Origin: Alphaproteobacteria bacterium UBA998
GTDB taxonomy: Bacteria > Pseudomonadota > Alphaproteobacteria > Rickettsiales > UBA998
Assembly (NCBI GenBank): GCA_002291925.1
Contig: DBAY01000057.1
Coordinates: 5,194-69,193 of the forward strand
DNA: 64,000 nucleotides
Reading direction: 5' to 3'
Below the pieces are notes generated by a model. The model searched no databases. It had not been told where the DNA came from and saw only the letters and a program-made list of their open reading frames with translations. Numbering within the stretch: position 1 is the stretch's first letter; every line of letters begins with the position of its first letter. Both the position numbers and the translations under genes were made by a program. Of this stretch, positions 8,105 through 16,032 are shown in pieces.

Positions 8105-8599
8105 ATGCAGGATGCGAAAATTAACGTCGGCATCATTATGGGAAGCCAGTCCGACTGGTCAACCCTCAAGCACGCCGCGCAGGTGCTGGAACAGCTCGGC
8201 GTGGCACATGAGTGCCGCATCGTCTCCGCGCACCGCACGCCGGAACGCCTCTATGAATACGCCAAGGGCGCGGAAGCACGCGGGCTGCAGGTGATTATTG
8301 CCGGGGCCGGAGGCGCAGCCCATCTTCCGGGCATGACCGCGGCGCTGACGCATCTGCCGGTGCTCGGCGTGCCCGTGCGCAGCGAGGCGCTGGACGGCAT
8401 GGATAGCCTGCTCTCCATCGTACAGATGCCGGGCGGCATTCCGGTGGGGACGCTCGCCATCGGCCCGGCGGGGGCGAAGAATGCGGCCTTGCTGGCCTGC
8501 TCCATCCTTGCGCTGCATGATCCGGCACTGCGCGAGAAACTGAAATCGTTCCGCGCCGAGCAGACCGCGACCGTCGCCGAAACGCCTTCCAATACGTAA
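8105..8599 (+). CDS. purE: N5-carboxyaminoimidazole ribonucleotide mutase
   Basis: [11 protein letters not shown]...SAHRTP...[12 protein letters not shown] are the PurE motifs. Confidence 0.9.
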   Translation: MQDAKINVGIIMGSQSDWSTLKHAAQVLEQLGVAHECRIVSAHRTPERLYEYAKGAEARGLQVIIAGAGGAAHLPGMTAALTHLPVLGVPVRSEALDGMDSLLSIVQMPGGIPVGTLAIGPAGAKNAALLACSILALHDPALREKLKSFRAEQTATVAETPSNT

Positions 8600-8602
8600 G
8601 CC

Positions 8603-9685
8603 ATGACGCCACTGCCCCCTGCGGCCACCATCGGAATCCTCGGCGGCGGTCAGCTAGGCCGCATGATGAGCATGGCGGCCTCCCGGCTGGGCTATCACGT
8701 GCACATCTTCACGCCGGAAGAAGATGCGCCCGCATCGGAGGTCTCGCTCGCCACGACGCTCGCGGATTACCGGGATGAGGACGCGCTCGCCCGTTTTGCC
8801 GCCTCGGTGGATGTGGTGACGTTGGAGTTTGAGAATATCCCCGTCGAGTCGCTGTGCTTCCTCGAGCGCCATGTTCCCGTGATGCCGGGCGCGAACCTGA
8901 TGGAAGTCACGCAGCACCGCGCCAATGAGAAAAGCTTTGTGCAGGCGCAGGGCATTGCCACCGCGCCGTTCCGGGCTGTGCATTCGCTGCCGGAACTTGT
9001 TCACGCGCTGGCTGAGCTCGGCACGCCCGCCATCCTCAAAACCTCCCGCCTCGGTTATGACGGCAAGGGCCAGTTCCTGCTGCGCTCTCCCGAGCAGGCC
9101 GCCGAAGCGTGGGAAGCGCTGGGCGGAGTGGAGTGCGTGCTGGAAGGCTTCGTCGATTTCACGGCAGAGCTGTCCGTCATTGTCGCCCGCAGTGTGGCGG
9201 GCGAGGTGGCCGTGTTTCCGCTGACCCGCAATGAGCATCGCCATCACATTCTGCATATCAGCGCCGTGCCCGCCGGAGTGCCGGACAGCGTCGCGCAGGA
9301 AGCCGAGCGCATCGCGCGCACTTTGGCGGAAGCAGGCGATCTGGTCGGGCTGCTGGCGGTAGAATTGTTCCTCTGCCGCGATGGCTCGCTGAAGGTGAAC
9401 GAGCTGGCCCCGCGTCCGCATAATTCCGGCCACTGGACCATGGATGCCTGCGCCACCAGTCAGTTCCAGCAGGCCATCCGCGCTGTGACAGGACTGCCGC
9501 TTGGGCCCACGCACCTGACCTCGCCCGCGCGCATGCTGAACCTGATTGGCGATGATGTGCATCAGGCGCATGCGTTGCTCGCGGCCGAGCCCACTGCGCG
9601 GCTGCACCTTTACGGCAAGGCCGAGGCGCGGCCGGGGCGCAAGATGGGACATATCAATTATCTTCTGCCTTCCGGGCCCGCTTGA
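8603..9685 (+). CDS. purK: N5-carboxyaminoimidazole ribonucleotide synthase
   Basis: ATP-grasp protein with GILGGGQLGRMM. It sits directly downstream of purE. Confidence 0.9.
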   Translation: MTPLPPAATIGILGGGQLGRMMSMAASRLGYHVHIFTPEEDAPASEVSLATTLADYRDEDALARFAASVDVVTLEFENIPVESLCFLERHVPVMPGANLMEVTQHRANEKSFVQAQGIATAPFRAVHSLPELVHALAELGTPAILKTSRLGYDGKGQFLLRSPEQAAEAWEALGGVECVLEGFVDFTAELSVIVARSVAGEVAVFPLTRNEHRHHILHISAVPAGVPDSVAQEAERIARTLAEAGDLVGLLAVELFLCRDGSLKVNELAPRPHNSGHWTMDACATSQFQQAIRAVTGLPLGPTHLTSPARMLNLIGDDVHQAHALLAAEPTARLHLYGKAEARPGRKMGHINYLLPSGPA

Positions 9686-9777
9686 ACGCCGCCACACTGC
9701 CGCAAAAAATGTCGTGCGCGGACAGGTTTTTCGTGTAGTTAGTTAAACTTGCATTGGCTTTCAGCTATATCAAAGAC

Positions 9778-11049
9778 ATGAGATCTGCCGCACTTCGCAT
9801 GGAAAATTTCGCTACCCCTACATTCCCCGGAACCGCCGGGTTGGAGCGACTGGATCAGGAAATCTTTTCCCAGATTCTTCAGGCGCATGCCCTCTGGCTG
9901 AATTCCGAAGGCAAGGAAGGCCGCCGCGCCAATTTGAAAGATACCGATCTCCGCCATATCAGCTTTCAGGGGGCGAACCTGGTGCAGGCCAGCCTGCGCG
10001 GGGTGAATCTGGACGGGGTGGATCTGCGCGGCGCCATGCTGCAGGAGGCTGATTTCACCGAGGCCAAACTGGTGGGTTCTAATCTCAGCGGGCTGGAACT
10101 GCGGCGCGTGAATTTTGCCTCCGCCCATCTGGACCGCGCGGTGCTGGAACAAGCGGATGTCTCTTACTGCAATTTCCTCAACGCGCACCTGAATGAGGCC
10201 AATCTGCGCGGTGCGAACATGGAGCGTTCCATCCTGCGTCAGGTGCAGTCGGCGCGCGCTGATTTTACCGGCGCCAATCTGCGCGACGCCAACGGGCGTG
10301 AGAGCAATTTCACGGCAGCGAAATTCCACGACACACTGCTTGAGCGCACCGATTTGCGCGACAGCAAGTTTGATTACGCCGAGTTCGTGAATACCCGCTT
10401 CGCGCAGACGCCCTTCAAGGGCTCCAGCTTCAACGGGGTGTCATTCACGCAGGCCGACTTCAAGGAAGCATTGGAGATTTCTCCGGAATACCGCTCTGCC
10501 GCTTACAAGGAAGAAAAGGCCGCCATCGAGGGCCAGTTGCAGGAAGTGCGCCGCAAGGAAGCCGAACTGGCCGAGCAGCGTCAGGCGCTGGAGCGCAAGC
10601 TCTCCGCGTTCGATGATCTGGCGCGGCAGGAGGAATCCGCCAATCTCCGCCTGCGCAGTTCCCGCAAGACGCTCGGCGTGCTGACGGCGATTTTTGGCGT
10701 GCTTACCCTGCTGATTCTGGGCGGCATCGCGCTGGTGGCGATGAGCCTGTCCGGTGAACAGCTCAACATGGCGGAAATCGGGCTAGTGGCGTTCATCAGC
10801 CTGCTGCTGTTCTGCCCGTACTTCGTGGCTTTGCTGAAAGTCCGTGGTGCAGCGCAGCAACTGGAAGATGTGGTGGCGTTAAGGGAACGTAAACTAATGG
10901 CGTTGCATAGTGGAGGGGTGAATGAAGTACCACAAACACCCACTCCCGCCCCGGCTTTGTTCGGCGCTGTCCCCACACCAAGCGATGAGCTCACGCTCAA
11001 CCTTCCTGAAACGGCACGCCGCAAAGGCCTGTTCGGGAAGAAAGCGTAA
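9778..11049 (+). CDS. pentapeptide-repeat protein with coiled coil and two C-terminal transmembrane segments
   Basis: Long run of A(D/N)LxG-type pentapeptides (ANLKDTDLRHISFQGANLVQASLRGVNLDGVDLRGA...). This is followed by EEKAAIEGQLQEVRRKEAELAEQRQALERK, then LGVLTAIFGVLTLLILGGIALVAM and IGLVAFISLLLFCPYFVALL. The start is uncertain: 9754 (TTG), 9778 (ATG) or 9799 (ATG). Confidence 0.75.
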   Translation: MRSAALRMENFATPTFPGTAGLERLDQEIFSQILQAHALWLNSEGKEGRRANLKDTDLRHISFQGANLVQASLRGVNLDGVDLRGAMLQEADFTEAKLVGSNLSGLELRRVNFASAHLDRAVLEQADVSYCNFLNAHLNEANLRGANMERSILRQVQSARADFTGANLRDANGRESNFTAAKFHDTLLERTDLRDSKFDYAEFVNTRFAQTPFKGSSFNGVSFTQADFKEALEISPEYRSAAYKEEKAAIEGQLQEVRRKEAELAEQRQALERKLSAFDDLARQEESANLRLRSSRKTLGVLTAIFGVLTLLILGGIALVAMSLSGEQLNMAEIGLVAFISLLLFCPYFVALLKVRGAAQQLEDVVALRERKLMALHSGGVNEVPQTPTPAPALFGAVPTPSDELTLNLPETARRKGLFGKKA

Positions 11050-11054
11050 GTTTC

Positions 11055-11624
11055 ATGACCGAACATCGTTTGAGAAAGTCCCTTTGCGTCTTCTGCGGCG
11101 CGCAGAACGCTGTCCCCAAAGCCCATCTGAATATTGGCACCGCACTCGGCACCGAAATGGCCAAGCGCGACATCGCGCTGGTCTATGGCGGGGGCGATTG
11201 CGGCATCATGGGGGCCGTCGCCAACGCGACGCTGGCGGGCCAGGGCTGGGTCACCGGCGTGTTCCCGCGCCATCTGCAGAATATCGAGGTGGAGCATAAG
11301 TCGCTCAACGAGATCATCATCGTAGATACGATGCATGAGCGGAAGAAAATCATGTATGACCGTGCCGATGCGTTCGCTATTCTCCCCGGCGGCTGCGGCA
11401 CGCTGGACGAGATGTTCGAGATCATCACCTGGCGCCAGCTCAAGCTGCACGAGAAGCCGGTGATCATCTTCAACCATCTGGGATACTGGGATCACCTCGT
11501 CGCCTTGCTGGAGCATATGATCTCCACCGGCTTCGCCCGCCCTGAAACCCGCACCATGTTCGAGGTGGTGAACACGCTGGACGAGTTGCTCGCCCGCGTG
11601 GAAAAACTCAAGGAATACGCTTAG
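11055..11624 (+). CDS. LOG-family (TIGR00730) nucleotide phosphoribohydrolase
   Basis: Carries the VYGGGDCGIMG and PGGCGTLDE motifs. Confidence 0.85.
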   Translation: MTEHRLRKSLCVFCGAQNAVPKAHLNIGTALGTEMAKRDIALVYGGGDCGIMGAVANATLAGQGWVTGVFPRHLQNIEVEHKSLNEIIIVDTMHERKKIMYDRADAFAILPGGCGTLDEMFEIITWRQLKLHEKPVIIFNHLGYWDHLVALLEHMISTGFARPETRTMFEVVNTLDELLARVEKLKEYA

Positions 11625-11637
11625 TTTTTGGGGGTTG

Positions 11638-11964
11638 TCACCCCGCACTTGGTACGCGGCATCTCCTTGTTAGTGGAGGGAGACCCCGCAACGAGTGCGG
11701 GGTGACATTTGCTTTTTAGCCGTCATCCTGCGAGGCGAAGCCTGCGCAGGATCTCCCTCGTTACGCGAACAGATTCCGGGCCCGCTGCGCGTCCCGGAAT
11801 GACAGGTATTTCCCCTTGTCGCCCTGAACTTGTTTCAGGGCCTATTCTTGTAAAGATGCTGAAACATGTTCAGCATGACGAGTAGGGCACCGTCATTGCG
11901 AGGAGGGTAGCGACCAAGCAATCCAGACTAGCCAGCGAATTCCTTCGCTCTCACTTGCCATGAC
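11638..11964. repeat. pile-up of four different palindromic GTC...GAC-bounded repeat units
   Basis: Unit B lies at 11638..11707 (GTCACCCCGC...GCGGGGTGAC). The 3' half of the 205-bp element lies at 11719..11806. Unit D lies at 11818..11879 (GTCGCCCTGAA...TTCAGCATGAC). Unit E lies at 11892..11964 (GTCATTGCGAGG...CCATGAC). Confidence 0.8.
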
Positions 11965-11974
11965 GATTGGCCCA

Positions 11975-12700
11975 TCACTCCATGTACTGTCCGCCGTTGA
12001 TGGAGAGCGTCTCGCCAGTGATGAAGCCGGCCTGATCGGCCACGAGGAAGAGCACGGCGCGGGCGATTTCTTCCGGCTCGCCCATGCGGCCGACGGGGAT
12101 GCCGCCGATGATTTTCTCCAGCACCGAGCCAGACACCGCCGCCGTCATGTCGGTGCGGATATAGCCGGGCGCGATGGAGTTCACCGTGATGCCCTTGTTC
12201 GCCGTCTCGCGGGCCAGCGCCTTGGTGAAGCCGAGCACCCCGGCTTTTGCGGCGGAGTAGTTGGTCTGGCCGAACTGGCCGAGCTGGCCGTTGATGGAGC
12301 TGATATTGACGATGCGCCCAAACCCCTTGTCGCGCATGGAGCCGATCACCGCGCGGGCCATGAAATAGCAGGAGTTGAGGTTGGTGTTGATGACCTCCGT
12401 CCAGTATTCCGGCGGCATCTTGTGCATGAAGGCATCACGCGTGATGCCCGCATTGTTCACCAGCACCTCCACCGGGCCACCCATGGCTTCGGCGATCTTC
12501 TGCACATGTGCCTGGCATTCGTCGAAGTTGGAGATGTCGAATTTGAAGACGGGAATCCCCGTCTCGGCGCGGAACTCCTCCGCCACGCTGTCGCGCGATC
12601 CGTAATTGGCGGCGACGTTGTAGCCCGCTTCCTTCAGCGCCACGGCAATCGCCTTGCCGATGCCGCGCGTTCCCCCGGTGACCAGTGCAATCCGGCTCAT
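11975..12700 (-). CDS. phaB: acetoacetyl-CoA reductase (SDR)
   Basis: MSRIALVTGGTRGIGKAI...NYSAAKAG. The start was placed at the internal ATG of ORF 11975..12796. Confidence 0.9.
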   Translation of the reverse strand: MSRIALVTGGTRGIGKAIAVALKEAGYNVAANYGSRDSVAEEFRAETGIPVFKFDISNFDECQAHVQKIAEAMGGPVEVLVNNAGITRDAFMHKMPPEYWTEVINTNLNSCYFMARAVIGSMRDKGFGRIVNISSINGQLGQFGQTNYSAAKAGVLGFTKALARETANKGITVNSIAPGYIRTDMTAAVSGSVLEKIIGGIPVGRMGEPEEIARAVLFLVADQAGFITGETLSINGGQYME

Positions 12701-12722
12701 ATCATTCCCCTCTTGATTCTGC

Positions 12723-13907
12723 TTAATTTCGTTCGACGCACAGTGCGACGCCCATGCCGCCGCCAACGCACAGCGTGGCGAGGCCTTTTTTCGCATCGCG
12801 CCGCTTCATCTCATGCAGCAGCGTGACGAGGATGCGTGCACCCGAAGCGCCGATGGGGTGGCCGATGGCAATGGCGCCGCCATTGACGTTTACTTTCGAC
12901 GTATCCCAGCCCATCTCGCGATTGACGCAGACCGCCTGCGCGGCGAAGGCCTCGTTTGCCTCGATGAGGTCAAGCTGCTCATGCGTCCAGCCCGCTTTCT
13001 CCAGCGCCCGGCGCGCGGCGGGAACCGGGCCGATGCCCATGATCTTCGGCTCCACGCCGGCTTGTGCCCAGCTGGCAATGCGCGCAAGCACGGGCAGGCC
13101 GCGCTTCTCGGCTTCCGAGCGGCGCATCAGCATCACGGCGGCGGCGCCGTCATTGATGCCGGAGGCGTTGCCCGCCGTCACGGTGCCTTCCTTGTCAAAG
13201 GCCGGACGGAGCTTGGCAAGGCTCTCCGCGGTGGTGTCACCACGGATGAACTCGTCTTTGTCCACCGTCACCATGTCCTTCTTTACCTGCACCTGCACGG
13301 GGACGATCTCATCCTTGAACTTGCCCGCCTGCTGGGCGGCGAAGGCTTTTTTCTGCGATTCGGCGGCGAAGCTGTCCTGATTCTCGCGGGTTAGGCCGTA
13401 TTGCTTCACGAGATTCTCAGCGGTGTTGCCCATGTGATAATTATTGAAGGCTTCCCACAGCCCGTCGCGGATCATGGTATCGATCATCTCGACATTGCCG
13501 AATTTCACGCCATTGCGCAGGTAAACCACGTGCGGGGCCATGGACATGCTCTCCTGCCCGCCCGCGATCACAATGTCGGAGTCACCCAGAAGAATGCTCT
13601 GCATACCGATGGCCGTGGCGCGCAGACCGGACCCACATACCTGATTGATGCCCCACGCAGGGACCTCGTTAGGCAATCCGGCCTTGATAGAAGCCTGACG
13701 CGCTGGGTTTTGACCTTGTCCCGCATTCAATACCTGCGCGAGGATGACTTCGGAAATATGTTGCGGTGCAACATTGGTCTGCGCGATGAGCGCTTTCAGC
13801 ACTTCCTTGCCGAGCTCATGGGCCGGTAGGTTGGCAAAACTGCCGTTGAAATTACCGACCGGGGTGCGCAGCGCCGCGACGATGACGACGTCGTCTTTGG
13901 TGGTCAT
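12723..13907 (-). CDS. phaA: acetyl-CoA acetyltransferase (beta-ketothiolase)
   Basis: Thiolase motifs INQVCGSGL, NEAFAAQ and GGAIAIGHPIGASG...CVGGGMG. The start was placed at MTTKDDVVIVAA. Confidence 0.9.
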   Translation of the reverse strand: MTTKDDVVIVAALRTPVGNFNGSFANLPAHELGKEVLKALIAQTNVAPQHISEVILAQVLNAGQGQNPARQASIKAGLPNEVPAWGINQVCGSGLRATAIGMQSILLGDSDIVIAGGQESMSMAPHVVYLRNGVKFGNVEMIDTMIRDGLWEAFNNYHMGNTAENLVKQYGLTRENQDSFAAESQKKAFAAQQAGKFKDEIVPVQVQVKKDMVTVDKDEFIRGDTTAESLAKLRPAFDKEGTVTAGNASGINDGAAAVMLMRRSEAEKRGLPVLARIASWAQAGVEPKIMGIGPVPAARRALEKAGWTHEQLDLIEANEAFAAQAVCVNREMGWDTSKVNVNGGAIAIGHPIGASGARILVTLLHEMKRRDAKKGLATLCVGGGMGVALCVERN

Positions 13908-13992
13908 AAGCGATTCTCCTTGTTGGGTATGGGAGCTATGTAGACGCGTTTTATGGATTTCCAAGGGTAAAGTAAAGTGGGAGCTTGGTTTT

Positions 13993-15057
13993 CTACGCGT
14001 GGGCGAACCATGCGGCCAGAGGTTTCCACAATTGCGATTGCCTGCGCGTGCCGGTGATCATGCCGATATGCCCGGTCTGCGGACGGTGCAGCGTGACATG
14101 GGGCAATTGCTCTGCCAGCGCCACGGCGGAACCTTGCGGCACGATACGATCATGTTGCGGTGCAGCAATCAGGGTGGGGGTGGTGATGGAGGCTGGGTCG
14201 ATGGTGACGCCGCCGACTTCCCATTGCCGCCGGTAGGTGCGGTTTTCCTGCTGACAGTCGATGAAGCATTCCACCGCCACATGGCGGGGCAGGGGCACAC
14301 AATCATTAGCCCAGTGCTCGATGGCGGTGAAGTAATCGCGCTCCGCCTTGGTTTTCAGCGTGGGGAATTCGCGGAACTTTTCCTGAAAGCGCCACGGGTC
14401 GCTCTGGTAGAACAGGTAAAGAATGCTCTCGCCGGGAAGGAAGGGCAGGCGCGCCAGCGTCTGGCGCAGCGCCTCGGCCCGCGCGTCGGAGAGTTGCAGA
14501 TGGCACGCATCCGCCGCGTGGAAATGCCAAGGCGTTGCCAGCAGGGCCATGCGATCAATCAGCTCCGGATGATGCCGCGCAAGCGCCAGCGCGATGAGCC
14601 CGCCCATGCAATAGCCCACCAGCCCGGCAGGCGTGCCATGCACGGTGTGCACATGCCGCGCGGCGGGGGTAAGAATCTCCGCCACATACTCGGCGATGCT
14701 AAAGGCTTGCTCCATCGCGCCCGGTACGCCCCAGTCGAGCAGGTAGACGTCATGCCCCTGTGACGCGAGGAAGCGCACGAGGCTGCGCTTTTCATCGAGG
14801 TCGAGAATGTAATAGCGGTTGATGAGCGACGGGACGATAAGCAGCGGACGCTTTTGCGCCTTGCCTTCTGCGGGATAATGATAAAGCCGCGCCGCATGTT
14901 TCTGCCAGACCGCTTTGGGCGGGGCCGGGTAGCGCACGGCATCGCGGCTGTAACGGAGGAAGCTCTGCACCCCCGCCAGCGTTTCCTGCTGCCGTTTCAG
15001 CGCTTCGCGCAGGATGGCCTGACGCAGCGGCGCGGGCAGGGCGGAGAAATCAGGCAC
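13993..15057 (-). CDS. phaC: class III-like poly(3-hydroxyalkanoate) synthase catalytic subunit
   Basis: Contains PLLIVPSLINRYYILDL, DVYLLDWG, the lipase box GYCMGG and a C-terminal TGHIGM. A GTG start at 15057 gives ~354 aa, the class III size, and overlaps the upstream stop as GTGCCTGA. Confidence 0.75.
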   Translation of the reverse strand: MPDFSALPAPLRQAILREALKRQQETLAGVQSFLRYSRDAVRYPAPPKAVWQKHAARLYHYPAEGKAQKRPLLIVPSLINRYYILDLDEKRSLVRFLASQGHDVYLLDWGVPGAMEQAFSIAEYVAEILTPAARHVHTVHGTPAGLVGYCMGGLIALALARHHPELIDRMALLATPWHFHAADACHLQLSDARAEALRQTLARLPFLPGESILYLFYQSDPWRFQEKFREFPTLKTKAERDYFTAIEHWANDCVPLPRHVAVECFIDCQQENRTYRRQWEVGGVTIDPASITTPTLIAAPQHDRIVPQGSAVALAEQLPHVTLHRPQTGHIGMITGTRRQSQLWKPLAAWFAHA

Positions 15058-15379
15058 GCCGTTCCAATTCGGCGACCTGGCGCTCCAACTCGAGGATGCG
15101 CCGTTCGCAGATCGCAAGGCGTTCTGCAAACAGAGAAAGCTTGCCATGCTCGTCTGCAGGTGCAGGGGAAGAAGCTGCAGCATGGTGCGCGGCGCGGGGG
15201 CTGGTGTGGGATGGCTCGTCATGGGCGGGCTCGCCGGGGGCAGGGGCATAAGACTGCTGCATTTTCTGCAGCATGTCCAGCGAGGCGTTCAGGTAGCGCT
15301 CATCCTGCATGAACTGCTTCATCTGCTCCTGCCAGAGATCGACGAACATACGGGCCATGTCAGTGGGGTCTTGTTGCAT
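15050..15379 (-). CDS. small coiled-coil protein translationally coupled to phaC (possible minimal PhaE/PhaR-like partner)
   Basis: 109 aa with FVDLWQEQMKQFM near the N-terminus, an Ala/Pro/His-rich linker and ICERRILELERQVAELERR at the C-terminus. Its position and coupling to phaC support the call. Confidence 0.5.
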   Translation of the reverse strand: MQQDPTDMARMFVDLWQEQMKQFMQDERYLNASLDMLQKMQQSYAPAPGEPAHDEPSHTSPRAAHHAAASSPAPADEHGKLSLFAERLAICERRILELERQVAELERRA

Positions 15380-15487
15380 TGCACAATCATCCGGCGTCGA
15401 GTTTATTGCAGGTGCGTCACGCGGGTGTTACTATAAGCGACTGCTGCCCAAAGGCAATCGCAACCGACCCAACCCGGAGACAACAAT

Positions 15488-16012
15488 ATGAGCCCTGCCG
15501 CAAGCAAAACCGCCCAGAACTACAAGGTGGTCATCAAGAAATACGCCAACCGCCGTTTGTACAATACCGAGACCAGCTCCTACATCACGCTGGAGGATGT
15601 CAGCCAGATGGTGAAGGAGGGCACAGATTTCGAAGTGCGCGACGCCAAGACCGGCGAAGACCTCACTCGGCAGGTGCTGGCGCAGATTATCTTTGAGCTG
15701 GAGCTGCAAGGCCGCAGCATGATGCCGGTGGGGTTCCTCAAGCGCATGATCACGCTCTATGACAACAGCGTGGGCGAGTTCCTGCCGCATTACCTGGAAC
15801 GCAGCATGGAAAGCTTCACGGAGAACCAGGAAAAGATCCGCCAGGTGATGGACGAGGCGTGGGGCAGCTACAACCCGCTCGGCAAGTTCGAGGAAATAAG
15901 CCGCCAGAACATGGAGATGATCCAGAACACCTTCAAGATGTTCAACCCGTTCGAGGCGTATTTCTCGGCGGCGGACAAACGTCCCGGCAGCAAGGACGGC
16001 AAGAAGAACTAA
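15488..16012 (+). CDS. phaR: polyhydroxyalkanoate synthesis repressor
   Basis: IKKYANRRLYNTETSSYITLEDV is the hallmark PhaR N-terminus. Confidence 0.9.
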   Translation: MSPAASKTAQNYKVVIKKYANRRLYNTETSSYITLEDVSQMVKEGTDFEVRDAKTGEDLTRQVLAQIIFELELQGRSMMPVGFLKRMITLYDNSVGEFLPHYLERSMESFTENQEKIRQVMDEAWGSYNPLGKFEEISRQNMEMIQNTFKMFNPFEAYFSAADKRPGSKDGKKN

Positions 16013-16032
16013 GCGCAACTGGATTGTTCTTT

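Noticed and set aside
10581-11648. 355-aa minus-strand ORF overlapping the pentapeptide and LOG genes
   Set aside because: Antisense shadow spanning two well-supported plus-strand genes.
11638-11964. Possibility that the clustered repeats form a CRISPR array
   Set aside because: The units are each internally palindromic and belong to different sequence families. They are irregularly spaced, have no unique spacers, and are dispersed around the window. No cas genes are present.
15380-15487. PhaR operator in the phaR/phaC-partner divergent region
   Set aside because: The region contains several TGC-containing stretches (TTGCACAATC, ATTGCAGGTGC, CTGCTGCCC). I cannot define a repeat or palindrome convincing enough to call a site.
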